Source: Takakia lepidozioides
Taxonomy: Eukaryota; Plantae; Bryophyta
Length of the DNA: 64,000 nucleotides
Assembly: GCA_030704615.1 (NCBI GenBank)
Contig: CM060732.1
Coordinates: 50,158,001 to 50,222,000, forward strand
Direction: 5' to 3'
The position numbers and the translations under genes were made by a program. Position 1 is the first letter of the stretch. Each line of letters opens with the position of its first letter. The notes beneath the pieces were generated by a model. The model was not told the DNA's origin. It ran no database searches and was given only the letters and a program-made list of their open reading frames with translations. Positions 13,207 through 26,239 of the stretch are shown here, one piece after another.

Positions 13207-16200
13207 CTCCCTCAGCCGGCGTTGGTTCGGCAAAATGTTGAAATTCCTTGAGGGATTAGAAAAGTGCTGGATAGTGGTGATCGCAGCGCCGCATCCCATG
13301 GCATGAGCTGTGTATGAATGGCCATGTAATAGAGCATCTAGCTGTTTCCTTCCCCAAGCATTACATAGCACTAGGTCAAGACAAGCAGAGATTGTGAAGT
13401 CCATATATGTCTTGTCACCCTAGCTTTTCCACCTCTCTCTATCCCTCTGGATGTGCTTGTCTGTCTCAAATCATTCCCTAGCCTCTTGTCCTTAGCCTGT
13501 CTATCAGTACTTGTGCATCAGCCTCTCCTGTCCCCTGCTTTATCAAAACCTGGCAAGGGATACATAACCACAAGGCTACCTTAAGTCTAACAAATATATC
13601 ATCTTCCGGTGTGTTGCACTAACTTCATGTGTCTGTATATCAGTCTTTATGAGGGTACTGACCTGCAAATGGCAGTGCACTCTGCTTTAACTACCCCCAC
13701 TGGTCTGTCTTGAAACTTCCAAACATCAAGAAAGAGAAAGAGAGAGGAGAACACGGCTGGAAGTTGGAGCGCCAGGGGTTTCCTGACCTTCGATTGGCCG
13801 ATGAAGACATCAAATACAGACTGAGAGGCAAGAGTTGCAGCCAGTGGAAGCAAGCCTCCAGTGAGGAGTTTTGCATAGCATGCAATGTCAGGCGTGCACC
13901 CCAATAATTTCAATAGCAGACTGGCAGCAGAAACAAGTGAGTTCAGTCCCCATGAAGTCCAAGACTACAGTGCTCAGATTCGGCAACGACTTCACCAAAC
14001 ATGCATACAGGAGAGTCCAACCATGTTTAAACTGCACATACATACATGGGCACATCCACATACATGCAGCTAACATTCACACAGTCAGAACAAGATATCC
14101 AACAGACAATGTGTCATTATATGGGAACACATCCCCGAGTCAGAAATCTGAAGGCAAAAGACACTCTGGAAGATGTGTGAAAGAGCCTGACAAACTAAGG
14201 TGTGATCAAAGGTCAAGTAAACAATACAGGTGAACCTCAGCACCAAGCCTCCAGCAGCCAGTAAAGACTTCGTCAAATATAACAGGGATGCGCTGCTGCC
14301 GACATTTGTGGACAAGCACGCGCTGGAACAGAGGATCCACCATCTCCATACCTCCTGCTGCATGAATCACTGCCACCCACGACCCAACCAACCATTGCCT
14401 CAACTTTTTTAGCTAGACTCTATGTCCAAAGAGGAAGAAAAAGAATACGCCATTGATGTATGGGAGTACATTGTACAAAAACAGCAGGACGTGTTGCTTT
14501 CATACATTGCTCCGTAAGTTATGTCCACACATATTGCAAAAGCATGTCTCAAGTGCTCTGGGTGGGCATTTCTTTCGAGCCACTCTCTAGCCCCCACCTT
14601 CCTGAGATGAACATGTCACTGCCTGGGCACCTCGTGTATCATCCTCCTATCCATTTTCCATGAAATTGTGTTAGATTGGTAGAACAGACACATACCGGGC
14701 TCTGTAATAAAGGCAGCTATGGAAGTAGTCTCCTCTTTAGCTGCAGATAATGAAAGTTGTTCCTCTATAAATGTGTTGTAGACCTTGGTGAGGGTTGTGG
14801 CCTCCCGGCTCAAGTCAAAAACTTCATCTCTTTGATCTCCAGCCTTCATCCACAAGAACAAACAACCAAGCCCACCCAACACTGTCCCTGCTTTAATCAC
14901 TGCAAACCCTAATTTGTGAGGGATGGATATATAATGTATATTTCTTTGTAATTGTCATGGTTTCCTAACTAGCTGAAAAGAACAATTTTCAATTTTAAGT
15001 CAAACGAGGTGTAGAATGGGTTGAAATTGTGAGGCAAACGTACTGTGAGCCACATCAATGTCTTAGACAATCCCTTGAGCTTTAGTTACTTTTGGGCTGT
15101 TTGTGGCCCCTCTCTCTTTCCTGTTCTTTCCTCGTCCCATAAGCTCTTTGAGCTTCCCGGGGACGTTACAAAGTACCATTTCATTTCATTTCCTTCCCGC
15201 ACAGTTTTTCAGTTGACTTCTACCAGAATCCGACCTGTTATAGTAATGCACAGTGAAATAGTCACCTTGAACTGGCGCTCAGGGCTAGGAGATGGAACAT
15301 GCAGACCATGGTCGATGGAGAATTTGCGAAAAGCCATTTTGATGGCAATCTCTATTGCGGTTGACCCATTGTCTGAATAGTAGACTCGGTCCGCCCACCC
15401 TGCCTCCCCATAAAATTGAACATAGGAAATTATCACAACTGCGCTACTGAGTTCCAAACATCCCAGATGCATTAAGCAGACAACAGATATGGGAGACAAA
15501 AACATGTGAACATACAAATAAACCATAAACTGTAGTGTCACATGCTATGAATATGCCAGCAGACATAGGCATATACACGACTTGCTAATGGACCGACCAA
15601 GTAATGTGTCTGAACCAACAAACAAAGCCAGTGGGGGAAGAAGAAAACACAATAAAAAAGTGGAATTCATGGACCAATGAGCGAAGTGGAACTACAAGAG
15701 AGGGAGTGGCTACCTCGTCCTACACCTTGGAGGCGGAGTTCAGCACAGCGAAGGGGAGGCTCATGCACGTTTTCAGGGAACATGACATGGCCATACCTCC
15801 CTGCCGTGTATGCTGCTTCTCTGGCGAGCTCTGGCTGAAATTATGGCCAACCAACTGGCAAAATTCAGACCATGGTGAAGGGTAAAATTCCATAGAGGCC
15901 TCATTGCACACTCTGCCCCAAATGTACAACCATCACCAGCATTGCAGTTCTAGTTTTAAAACAACCCCCAAAGAGCTCATAAGTTCAGCTATCACCAGTA
16001 TTCTGTTTTAGCTAAAGGCAAGTCCAGAAGGGTTGAGGAGCAAGAGCAACATGAAAAAGGATGGGGGACACAACGCTTGAACAGTCACTAAGGTAGAAAG
16101 AGTGAACTCAGGTCTACCTGGAGGGTAGTGTCAGGTCCCTGAGTCCACCAGCTAGCACATGCATCAAACTGTGGCTTTATCACATCTCTCTGGCCCTCAC

Positions 16201-19200
16201 TGCCACCCTATAGTTCTCCATATTTCAATCTCCAGATTCAGAAAATAGTCCACACATTGTCAATATAAAACTTCCACAACAGCTTGTGTTGATTCTCCAT
16301 GAACTGCTACGTAGTAGTATATATCAAATAACATGGAAGTTCACTAGCCTAAAAAGTCTACTTTGAATGCAATCCAGGCAACTCTGCTGGGACCTTGATG
16401 TGTGGTCACAAAGCTGAACTTATTCTCCTGTACTAAGTGCAATCAACCTTTAGATGGATAAACCAACAATGTGGCCTGATTAAGCTCATGTGCCAAGTCC
16501 AGAAGATATTGGTTGTCAAAAGTGAAACACACGAACACACCTTGTACACAGCAAAATTTTCCCCAGACCATGAATCAATGACCATAATAGCCTCCTCTGC
16601 AACAAGGGAGTGTTGTGTGAACGGCCACCATAGAATCTCACTTGCCTTTCTGGGCATCTCCTCCAGCCTCTCTATCCTCTTCAGGTGGGAAATTTCCAAC
16701 GTGTCACGCAACTCAGCATACAAAGCTTCTGACATAGAGAACCACTCCATAAGGTTCTCACTAGGATCTTGAGGCAGAGGGGGCAGGACAAGCAATGGCA
16801 CCCTGAGATAGAGACAATTTTTTGGAAATGATCAATATCCCTTAAAGCTGTAGGTTATATTAGAATGAAGCAAGATTCACTGTCCAATCTGCTCCAGTTC
16901 AGCTTCATTAGAGTCACCTAATATACCAAAATAGGTCTCAGAAAGGTGCCTGGTGGTTACTTCTGTTGCAGGTATTCAAGCAAAGACTTGTCATTCCCCA
17001 GCCCTGAATCCACCAGTACAACTGCAAGTACGTCATATCCACGCAAGTGCAGGCTTTCATAGGAGGCTATCGTAGTTGAGATGCCCCCGAGTTTGCCGTC
17101 GCCAACTAGCACACCTGGCAATCTGAGTGGCCTGTAATAACCAATAGACCAAGAATCCATTTTTCAGCGTTTGAATGTAGAGGCATCCATCTCTGTGGCC
17201 CACCATTCCACTAAGAATTGCTCTACTACCTTCAACAATTCACCGAGCTTCCAGCAAATCATGGTAGGAGGGATACAAATTGCTCACATATACAGGGCTT
17301 CAGATGGTCCAGGGCTGGCACTATGAGCAAAAATACTGGGGTACCTATATACGTCACATTGGAGGGTTCCAGATGGTCCAGGGCTGGCTACTCCACCCGC
17401 AGTCTCTACAATTGCTCACTTCGTCATCCCACTTCCACCTCTGTCTCGCTCCTTCTGAACTCCCTCCTGACCCTCACAGCTGAAATTCCCCAGGGCATTT
17501 TGGAGTGACTGCAGCACTAATACATCAGTGACTGTAGACCCCTCCTTTGCAGCGGCAAGGTGGGGGGAGACAGGATCGAACCATGACCACATTGTCTTAC
17601 AGGTGAGGTGTGATGACGATGGCCTTTCCCTATCTACATGTCTAACACTATCTACCTCTCTCTTTGAGAACACAAGGTCTACGTTTTTCCCAGAAGAAAC
17701 CCTGTGGTGCTCCTCAGCCTCAATGCCTGGCAGCATCTGGCACTCGTAGCTGCAGAGGTCCTTCATTCCTGCATCCCCAACATTGGCCCCATGGAAGCTC
17801 AAAAAAATTTCTCTCTTTCTTCACTGGACATTTCAAAGGTTTTGTCTCTATTTCTTTTGTTCTTTCCCTGTAGAGCCTGCCTACCCTCGGCACAAGACTG
17901 AAATTTAAACGCAGGGCAGGGAGTCTACCTTAGAAAAATAAACAGACGCAGAGAGGAAAGGGAGATTGTCAATGCCCGATGTGTGGGCATCCTGAAGACA
18001 GTAGACATTTTCTGATAGAATGTGCGGGGTATTCTCATCAGAGAGTGACCCACTTCAGGAACATTATCAACACAGTCCCTGCACCTCTGTTCAACAACTT
18101 TTAAAAAGAGGCTGAACCTAAAGCCCTGGGGTCTAACTGCCGGGCAGATCACACACAGCAGATTGATGCTTGTGTGAAGGGCTTTCCAGAGGAAATCTGG
18201 AAAGCCTGACCAAATTGTTTATATCAAAGTTGAGCCCACTACTGGAGTGAGCCCCTCCCAAGGTAGCATCTGCTCCCTCTTGTTCCGCCCAAACTGGGCA
18301 CGGGGTCAATAGCCACAAGGCTATGGCAAACAACATCTTATGAGTACATTCTTTCTTCCTTTCAATTCTTGTTGAGGGCCCCACTGCATTTCATGGAAGG
18401 TACTTTGCCTTTTCCAGCCCAAACCTGTCTAATCTGCTCCTGAAGGAGGCTTGCTCCACTCAGAGTTGGCAGAAGTAAGTGAACTGACTGCTTGGACACA
18501 TTTCCGAACAGCAGGGGAGACCTGGAGCATGTGATTACACACAAACAAGCCATGGGGGATGGCTTGGGGACGAAGTCTGCCAATGCGAGAGACCTCTTGA
18601 AAGACAACGCGCGCGTCTGAATCGACGGATAAACCTGTTTGCACGGGCTTCAAATATAGAACATCTCGGGCCCCCATAGGTCGCTCGGTCTCCTTTGAGC
18701 CAGGAAACGAGTCCTCCGCTTTAAAAAAACCCCAGCCCTTTTGGATGATAACTTGTTTTTTTGGGCCGAGAGAATTTGTTGATAAACAACTGCCTGCCGC
18801 TGCTAAACCTGCCCCAAGAAATTGGCACGCCCACAGATAGAAAATTGAGCATTCAATTACTCTCACACATCCGAACTTCCATAATTGTTGCAAAGAAGCC
18901 TCTGTGCACAATAACATCGTTCACTGAAACCATCAGTGACATTGCCAGGGCCCCCATGTCGTGAAGCCCGTCGATATGATTTCAAAAGCTTGCGACGTGA
19001 AAATGATCGAACTAGAAGCGCATAATCTACCTTGTAGAAGAAGAAGAAAACCCCTCACCCATTCTGCATCCTGCATAGTTTTTTACTTCACCCAAAACAG
19101 AAGATGCAATGAGACAACACCCACCTGCAGAGACGAGCGTCTTCCCAACGCCTGTGTTGGCCCCCCATACCATATAGGTGGGAAAGGACGCATCTAGAGG

Positions 19201-19383
19201 TTTCCAGCTGGACACACGCTCCAATTCACCCTCTGATCTCTTCTCTTCCAACACAGCAACATGTCCAGCTTGGGAGCTCACACCATACCGATTATGCAGC
19301 TGCAATCTGGAGGCCCTACCCAGAATTCGCAGAACTAGTCCAGAATTCCTGGAATGCATAAGCCCAGACATGACAGTCGCCAT
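13207..19383 (-). pseudogene. BIO3-BIO1: Bifunctional dethiobiotin synthetase / DAPA aminotransferase (BIO3-BIO1) pseudogene
   Basis: Motifs present: WGANTGVGKT, YLKPVQTG, VETAGGVASPGPSG, LVGDGKLGGIS, WWPFTQH, FDACASWWTQG, YSDNGSTAIE, FDEVFTG, PDIACYAKLLTGG, LLHGHSY. Lesions: in-frame TAG 18429-18431, in-frame TGA 17416-17418 (K*AIVETAGG), +1 frameshift near 13909, YHGDT-containing exons absent between 15266 and 14843, and the last exons (LWDE...RPLGN) absent after 13207. Confidence 0.88.
15133..15193 (+). mobile_element. Very short retroposon-like 3' end: stem-loop plus (CATTT)n tail, copy 1
   Basis: gtcccataagctctttgagcttcccggggacgttacaaagtaccatttcatttcatttc. A homologous copy lies on the - strand at about 47018-47092. 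Confidence 0.55.
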
Positions 19384-19710
19384 GACTACTTACCTTCTAC
19401 TCCAAACTATCAAACCCACAAATGGTACTTGCTATCTTATTAACCACATGTCGTCTTGAGCTAAACTCCCGGCCCCGCTATTGTCCAGAAATCTCAACGA
19501 TTGACATATTTGTAACTATCTTTGAACCTAAATCTGTCACATACCTTACTTACCTAGCTTATTAGGCACTTTCGCGCCTAATAATTAATAAGAATGGAAT
19601 ATTATTAGGTAGATTCGTTTTTATTACTTAGGCACCTTTTATGTCACCCTTAATGTTATGAAATCTTTGGTCCGTAAAAATTTACACTTGAAAATGGCAT
19701 GACTAGAGCG

Positions 19711-22700
19711 TTATTTTTTTTGTTTTTTTTTAAAAAGGAGAGGGGACAGAGGCCTGCTGATCAAATTAATTGAAAAAAATAACCACCAAGGGAGGCCATG
19801 AGGCTTACTGAGGGGGAACATTCCCGCGACCATAGCTAACTTGCTAAAGGGAAGAAGATGGGGAAAGGGGTAGGAACAATGATTGAGAGAGGGGGAGAGA
19901 GTTATAAGTCTAAGCAATAGAGGGGAAGTAAAGCGAGGATCAACTGCAGAAAGCCATTGAAGGATCACGTAAGAAGATTCATAGAGGGCCATGCCCTAAG
20001 ATGACTGAGGAAAACAGGTCTTTTAAGCAGCTGACGGAGACGGAATTTGGAGAACCTGAACAAGGTGCAGATGGCGAGGGAGCATCTGAGGCTGCACTAC
20101 TAAAACTTAAGCTGTGTACGGAATTTGGGGTCTCGTGCACGTTTGTGGCGCCAGTTATAGTCTCCATCATCTCCCTCACTATGAGACTTCCCATTGAGGG
20201 GGGATGGAAAGTTGCCATGTAAATTTTAGTGTGGAAAACACCGGCACCAAGCATGCTGCCTTTGCCCCAGGAGTTCTCATGGGAAGTCTTGAAGCAATTC
20301 CTCCCCCTTGGACTGCTCCGAAGTTCTGGAAACAGGGTAAACACAGACAGTAGTAAACCAAGTCCTTATGCCCCTCAATGTCAATAGATCGTGGTATAGG
20401 TAAGTAATAAATAACACCGGATCTGCCCTCTTGGGAGGTTTCCCTCAAAAACCCAAGCACATCTTGTTGCCATAGATTCCACAGGGTAAGCGCTCTAAGA
20501 GCCACCCAAACCGGACAAAGAGTTTTTTTAAAAAAAACTTTGTCCTGGGAAGGGAACATTTAGAAGCAACAAAGAAGGCAGGGGGGGGGGGGAGGAGAAG
20601 GGGGAAGCTATTCCAGTGGGAAGTAGGAGGAAGAAGGCAAGAACTCTTTTCCAGACTCTAACTACCAGATTGCAAAATATGAGACAGTGCTCAATTGATT
20701 CCAAAATGGAGCCGCATAGAGAGCAGATAGATTAGGGTTATAGGTAGGGGTGGTTTCATGGGTGCGAAGTTTGACTGGTAGGATTCTATGAGTGAGCTTC
20801 CAGATGGAAACATGGAGGATCTTGTCCGGTCTATCTTTCCTCCAGATGTCTCTCCAGATTTGATCCCATTAACGTTGATCAAGCTGCAGACTGCCCCATT
20901 TCGAGCACCATTTGAAAGCAAAAGAATGGGGGGGTTGATGAGGGAGTGTCCCTTTTTCACCGAGTATGAGAAGAAAGGGGTTTTCTCTGTCCATTTTCCC
21001 ATCCCACTTCCCCGGGATCAAATTGCAGGTCAGCCAAAGAACATTTAAAAACCAGGTGAGGTTTTCTTGACGTGCCCATTGCGCCTCCATACCTTGGGGG
21101 GGCAGTGGGTATGAGTTACCCTGAATGTCAAGCACCCTGATGTGGAAGAGGGCAGTCATATCAGTTTCCATTCTTCCTTGATATTGAAGGAGCCCTTCAT
21201 CGTCTGCAGCAATTTATCCCAAAGCCTGATGCTTTTGGACCCTGGCAGGATGTGACCAACAAGACTGGAGCCTGAATTTGCTGGCTGGAGGCCACCCATG
21301 CCGGTGCCTTTATTATCTGAGCTGCACCTTGAAGTAAGGGCTCCATATACCTGGAAACAGTGGCCATAATGGTGTCCCAGGCTTTAGCTCTCTTGTGTGC
21401 GCCATAACAGTCACTTGAGCCCGAGATAGGGTTTCGTTTTGGGAGCGCATGTTGGCAATATGAATGAATCCTTGTTGTTCCCAAAAAAGCCATTGCGGGG
21501 TCTGAGAAAGCAGAGTAGCAGAATCCATATTGTAATTAGCAAAAACAGGATGTCTCAAACATTCTTGGTGGGTTTGAGGCATCCGTTGTGTGAGGTTTCC
21601 TCTCATGTAGTGCCAGGCCTTCCATATAGACTGCCATGGCTTGGAGCCCAATGTAACAGCCTTGTTTTTTCCCTTGAACTATCCATCTCAACGATTGAGC
21701 CCAAAGGGTGGAGGAAGCGGGCAACGAGCCCATGAGGTAAGGTTGAATGAGCTTGCTCCATGGTGTGATCCTATGTTTAATGGCTCTGGGAATCCCTTTT
21801 GCCAGCAGGGCCTTGATCTCCGCAGAGGGGTCGATAACACCTAATCCGCCCTTTTTCTTTTTTTGGCACAATTGGTCCCATGAAAGCAAGGCCCTTCTTG
21901 TTGGAGCTGCAGGTGTGGCTCCCCATATGAAATTGCGTATGAGGGCTTTAATCTCCCGGATCATGGCCTCCTCAGGGTCCCAGACTGCTGCAAAAAACCA
22001 CATAGATGCCTCCAAACCTGATTGGCCACCAAAGCCCTTCCCACAATAGAGAGCATCGCAGCACTCCAAAAAGCCAAGCTTTTCCTAAGCCTTGCAAGCA
22101 CCTCTTTGAGTCTGTCATGATTGGACATGTTCAGCCCTATTTGATGTCCCAGCAGCTTGTGAGTGTGACCCTCTTGAAGCCATTGCAGGCCTATATCCGT
22201 GCCCCATGCCTGGCAGTGAGCTGCCGTTGCCCCATTGTGAAGGAGGGACAAAATGCCCATAGATTTTTTCCAATTCATTTTGAGGCCAAAAGCCAGGCAA
22301 AATGTTTGGAGGACTTGAAATGTTTTGTCAATGTTTGATTTTGTGGAGTTGTCCAATAAGAGAGCAGTGTAATCCGCATACATGGAAAGTTTGAGCATCT
22401 CATGGGTTAGTGTGGGCAAGTGCAAGCCCACAATGTCGTGCCTGGAGTACATCATGTGCCCCAGGGAGTCGGCAGCAATGAGAAAGAGGAACGGTGCTAG
22501 AGGGCAGCCTTGTCGCACCGACCTAGAAATATGGAAGGGTTTGGAGATGACACCGTTCACCATGACCTTGCTGGATGCTGCATGTAACAAGATGTGAATC
22601 CAAGTCAGAAAAGGCCCCCCCAGCCCTGTTTTCTCCAATGCCCTTTCCAGGAAGTTCCAATCAATTGAATCAAAATCTTTTTCAAAGTCCAGCATCAAGA

Positions 22701-25190
22701 AGGCAATGGGCTGGCTGTTGATCTGAGCTCTGTAAAGGTCCTCATGAGCCAAGAGAATATTGTCCAAAATCATGCGGTCTTTGAGAAATCCAGTTTGTTC
22801 CTTCCTCATGATCTTTGGCAGAAGGGGCTGCAACCGTAAGGCCAGGGTCTTGGCGATTATCTTGTAAGTGGACTTCAGCAAAGTGATAGGCCGATAGTTG
22901 GCCATATCTTCTCTATCATCTTTCTTGAATATCAGAGTGATGAGGCCTTCAGCCATCTCTGAGGGCATGAGCTCTTTTTCCAAAATGTCGTTTGTCATAA
23001 GGAGGAAGTCCTCCCCAATTGTTGGCCACATGGCTTTGAACAGCTCATTGGGGAGACCATCAAGTCCCGGGGATTTCTGGGATGCCATGGAGTTGACTGC
23101 TTGACCTAACTCGTACACTTACAGGGGGGCTACCAAGTTTGATTTGTCCAATTGAGACAGAGAGCACGGAATATGCTGGAGCATAGAGGTTGTAGCATCA
23201 ATCTTTAGCTGTGATGGCTCTTGCCTTTGAAAAAGTCTTTGGAAGTACGAGGCAACAACTTCTGCCATGATTTTTGGCCTGTCCACCAAGTGCCCATTAG
23301 CATGGCGAAGGGCTGGAACCATTGTGGCTGCTCTCCTCTGTGCAGCTTTGACAAAAAAAAATTATTCATCTTTTCTCCTTTGAGACTCCAGTTGACCCCT
23401 GCCTTGATTCTGGAAAATTGCTCCTTGGCATGTAACAGAGTAGAGAGGTTCCTCTTGGCATCCTTGTAGGAGGATATAGTATGGGGTCCTTCATGTCCCG
23501 ACTGCAGCTGAAATTGGCAAACCTCTAGACACTTAGTAAGAGCTTTTTGTCTTCTAGAAAACTCTTCCACCTTCTCCCCAGAGATGTCTTTGCAAAGGTC
23601 TCTCAACATTTTGAGTTTTGCCAAGAATCTAGCAGTGGGGGAGACCAAGGGGGTGACTGCAGATTCCCAGGCCCTCTGAAGAGTCTGTATGATGTGAGGG
23701 TCTTGCAGCATGGTTGGGTTCAATTTGAAAAAACCCCTGCCTCTCACTCTGGATCCGGGAGTGTTACTCACCAGCTGCACAATAGCGTGGTCAAATTATG
23801 GAAGAATGGGCTGCAATGTACCTCTTGACCAAGCCTTAAGAGTAGATGAACAGTAGAATCTATCCAAACGAGCCTGGCACAACTGTGGAGGGTCTTTGTT
23901 GTTGGACCACGTAAATTTCAAGCCACCCTGGGCTGGAGTTGATGCGTCCAGCAACCCCACCAGCAGGCGCATAGCATCCCAGGAGTTTTTCTCATTCGTG
24001 GAAAGACCATGCGCCAATCTACCTAGTCTGTTCATGTCTCCCTCCACCATATTGAAGTCGTCACCCATGAGCCAATGTTGAATATGTGGATGCTGCAGCA
24101 TGTTCTCCCTGATTTGATTCCAGAGGCCTACCCTGTCTTCCTCTACATTTGGGGCATAGATGTTTAGAAAACCCACCTCCCTAGAGTTTGACCTAGGTTC
24201 AAGACAAGATGTTGCACTCTGCCTTGCAACCACACATCATGAGAGACAAAGGATTGTTGTAAGGATGGGGAGACGAGGATTGCGGTGCCCCCCCCCTTAG
24301 AATCTGTGATGGTGGGGTTCCAGAAGGCTGATGCAGCAGGCCACATGGAGGCTCCCAGAGAGCTTATTTTGTCTTGATTTAGTTTATGTTATAAGAAAGA
24401 CAATATTAGAGCACGTATCAGAGTAGAGGCCCATGTTATGATCCTGGCCCTTTTGGGGGCAGAGCGATCAGAGCCAAGGCCTCTGACATTCCAGAAGGTG
24501 AGGGATAGATTCATGTTGGGGTGACCGCAAGGCCCATGCTATCTGCGTGACTTGATGGCCACATTGGGTAAAAGAAGAACTTCAGACGCCTTGTCAGAGG
24601 GGTGGAGGGTGTTGAACCACTTACAACCTCGCGGAGGAGGAATCAGAATAGGATGCTGACAGGTGAACACATTTGTTGTCTTTTTACTTTTGCATTTACT
24701 TTTGAATGGCATACCTCCATCTTTATGAGCTGAGAATATGTCTGCAATGATGTGGCAGGAAAAGGTTTTGGAAAGAAGTAGGAGGGCTGAGGGGGAAGAG
24801 GGGTGGCCCAAGGGGTCCCACCAACCCGAGAGGATTTTCTGCGTGTGAGCATTGTCCAGCAGCAAAGTCCATACCCTCTTACAGTCTGAGAGGTTAGGCA
24901 CAAAGAATAGGAGGGGGGAGTAAGCATGAGACATGCTTACCGGCGGGGGTGAGTCGACTGTCTCTTCCGGCAGCAGAAAGTTGACCGAGTGATCAGCTGC
25001 AACATTTGAGGCGATGTTGAAATGGTTAGCATTTGCCAGCACCAGCTGTCTGTCGAGATTTGGCTGCTGTAGGGCTGCCCTGCTTCCGTGCGGGGATGTA
25101 GCAGCTCATAATGCTCATCCACCAGCTTGGATCCAATCTCCATAATTTTCCTGCATCAGGCCCACTCGTTGGGATCTTTGCCTCTACAAG
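19711..25190 (-). mobile_element. Degenerate L1-clade LINE retrotransposon (ORF1 remnant; ORF2 with APE endonuclease, RT and Cys/His motif; poly-A tail)
   Basis: ORF2 starts at 24514 (MNLSLTFWNVRGL). APE motifs: NIYAPN, GDDFN, FTWSN, ARLDRFY. RT motifs (21961-23118): KSPGLDG, NYRPITLL, LDFEKDFD, RSVRQGCPLAPFLF, YADY (YADD mutated). C-terminal EHCLIFC-like motif near 20680 and WVALRALTLWNLW. A-rich tail at 19711-19734. Many stops and frameshifts. Confidence 0.92.
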
Positions 25191-26239
25191 ACAGGTAGTA
25201 CTTACTCACCCAGATCCATGAGTTATGAGCCCCTGATGTGTCAAAATCTCTACTGAACAAGACAGGCATGACATGAACACACTAGAAGAAAAATGCGGAC
25301 TAACCACTCTGGTAACCACTTATTTTGAGTAGGGAAAGACACCCAACCACTCTGGCCCAGAGTGGTCTAGAACCAGTGGATCTTGACTCAGCAGTGTGTC
25401 AAGTTATTTTACCACTAGTGTGAAACTAGCTAGGAAATAGCTAGCTTTTACATATTGACATTTGGGATTGGCCCAAGTGTCAATCCAGGGGTCAAGGCAG
25501 ATTTAGGCACTGGAGTGGTTATCTTCACGGCAAGCGCAGAAGGCTCATCTTGCTCGAGTTGAGCCTCACCGCGCCTAGCTATGGCGCCGTAGTGTGGATT
25601 CCCCATGGCGTGGGGTGCACTTGGCTTGACTTGTATTTGAGTGATGAGGTTATATATGCATGAGTTTATGCTTCAGCTTTGTGAGCTCGCATGAACTTGT
25701 GCTTGTATTCTTCTTCTTTATCACTCGAGAAAGATGAGCTCGTATCTGTGAGTGCCGTAGCACTTGTGGTTTTTGCTTGAGAATGAGATAAACCAAGTTG
25801 TTATGCAAGGAGCACCGTGGAGCTCTTGGTTGTTAGAAGCGGAGGCGATGTGGGTTACGAGGTGGTAGACCTTGGCATTTGATCTTCAGCTTCAGAGATG
25901 AAAGCACCATGCTGCAGGATTGCAAGACCAAGCGAAAGGGCTGATTTGGCTTGGGGCAAATCGGTGCACTTTGTGGAGTATGTTGAGATTGGGTTTCAAT
26001 CTCGAGCTTCAGCATTGAGAGGGCTCTTGTCATGGCAAGAGCAGGGCTAGAACAGGAGCTAAGAGGTGCGACAAGGCCATGGAATGTGCACCTAGGGTTT
26101 CAGAGCTTGGAAGAAGAGCTCTTGCACCACAAGAGGAGTGTCTTGTGGCTGGAAATGTAAGCCTTAGGGTTTCAGAAGCTTGGCAAGGGCGTGCTTAGTC
26201 TTGTCTTAGAAAGCATCAAGGAGCTAAGGAGCCAAGATA

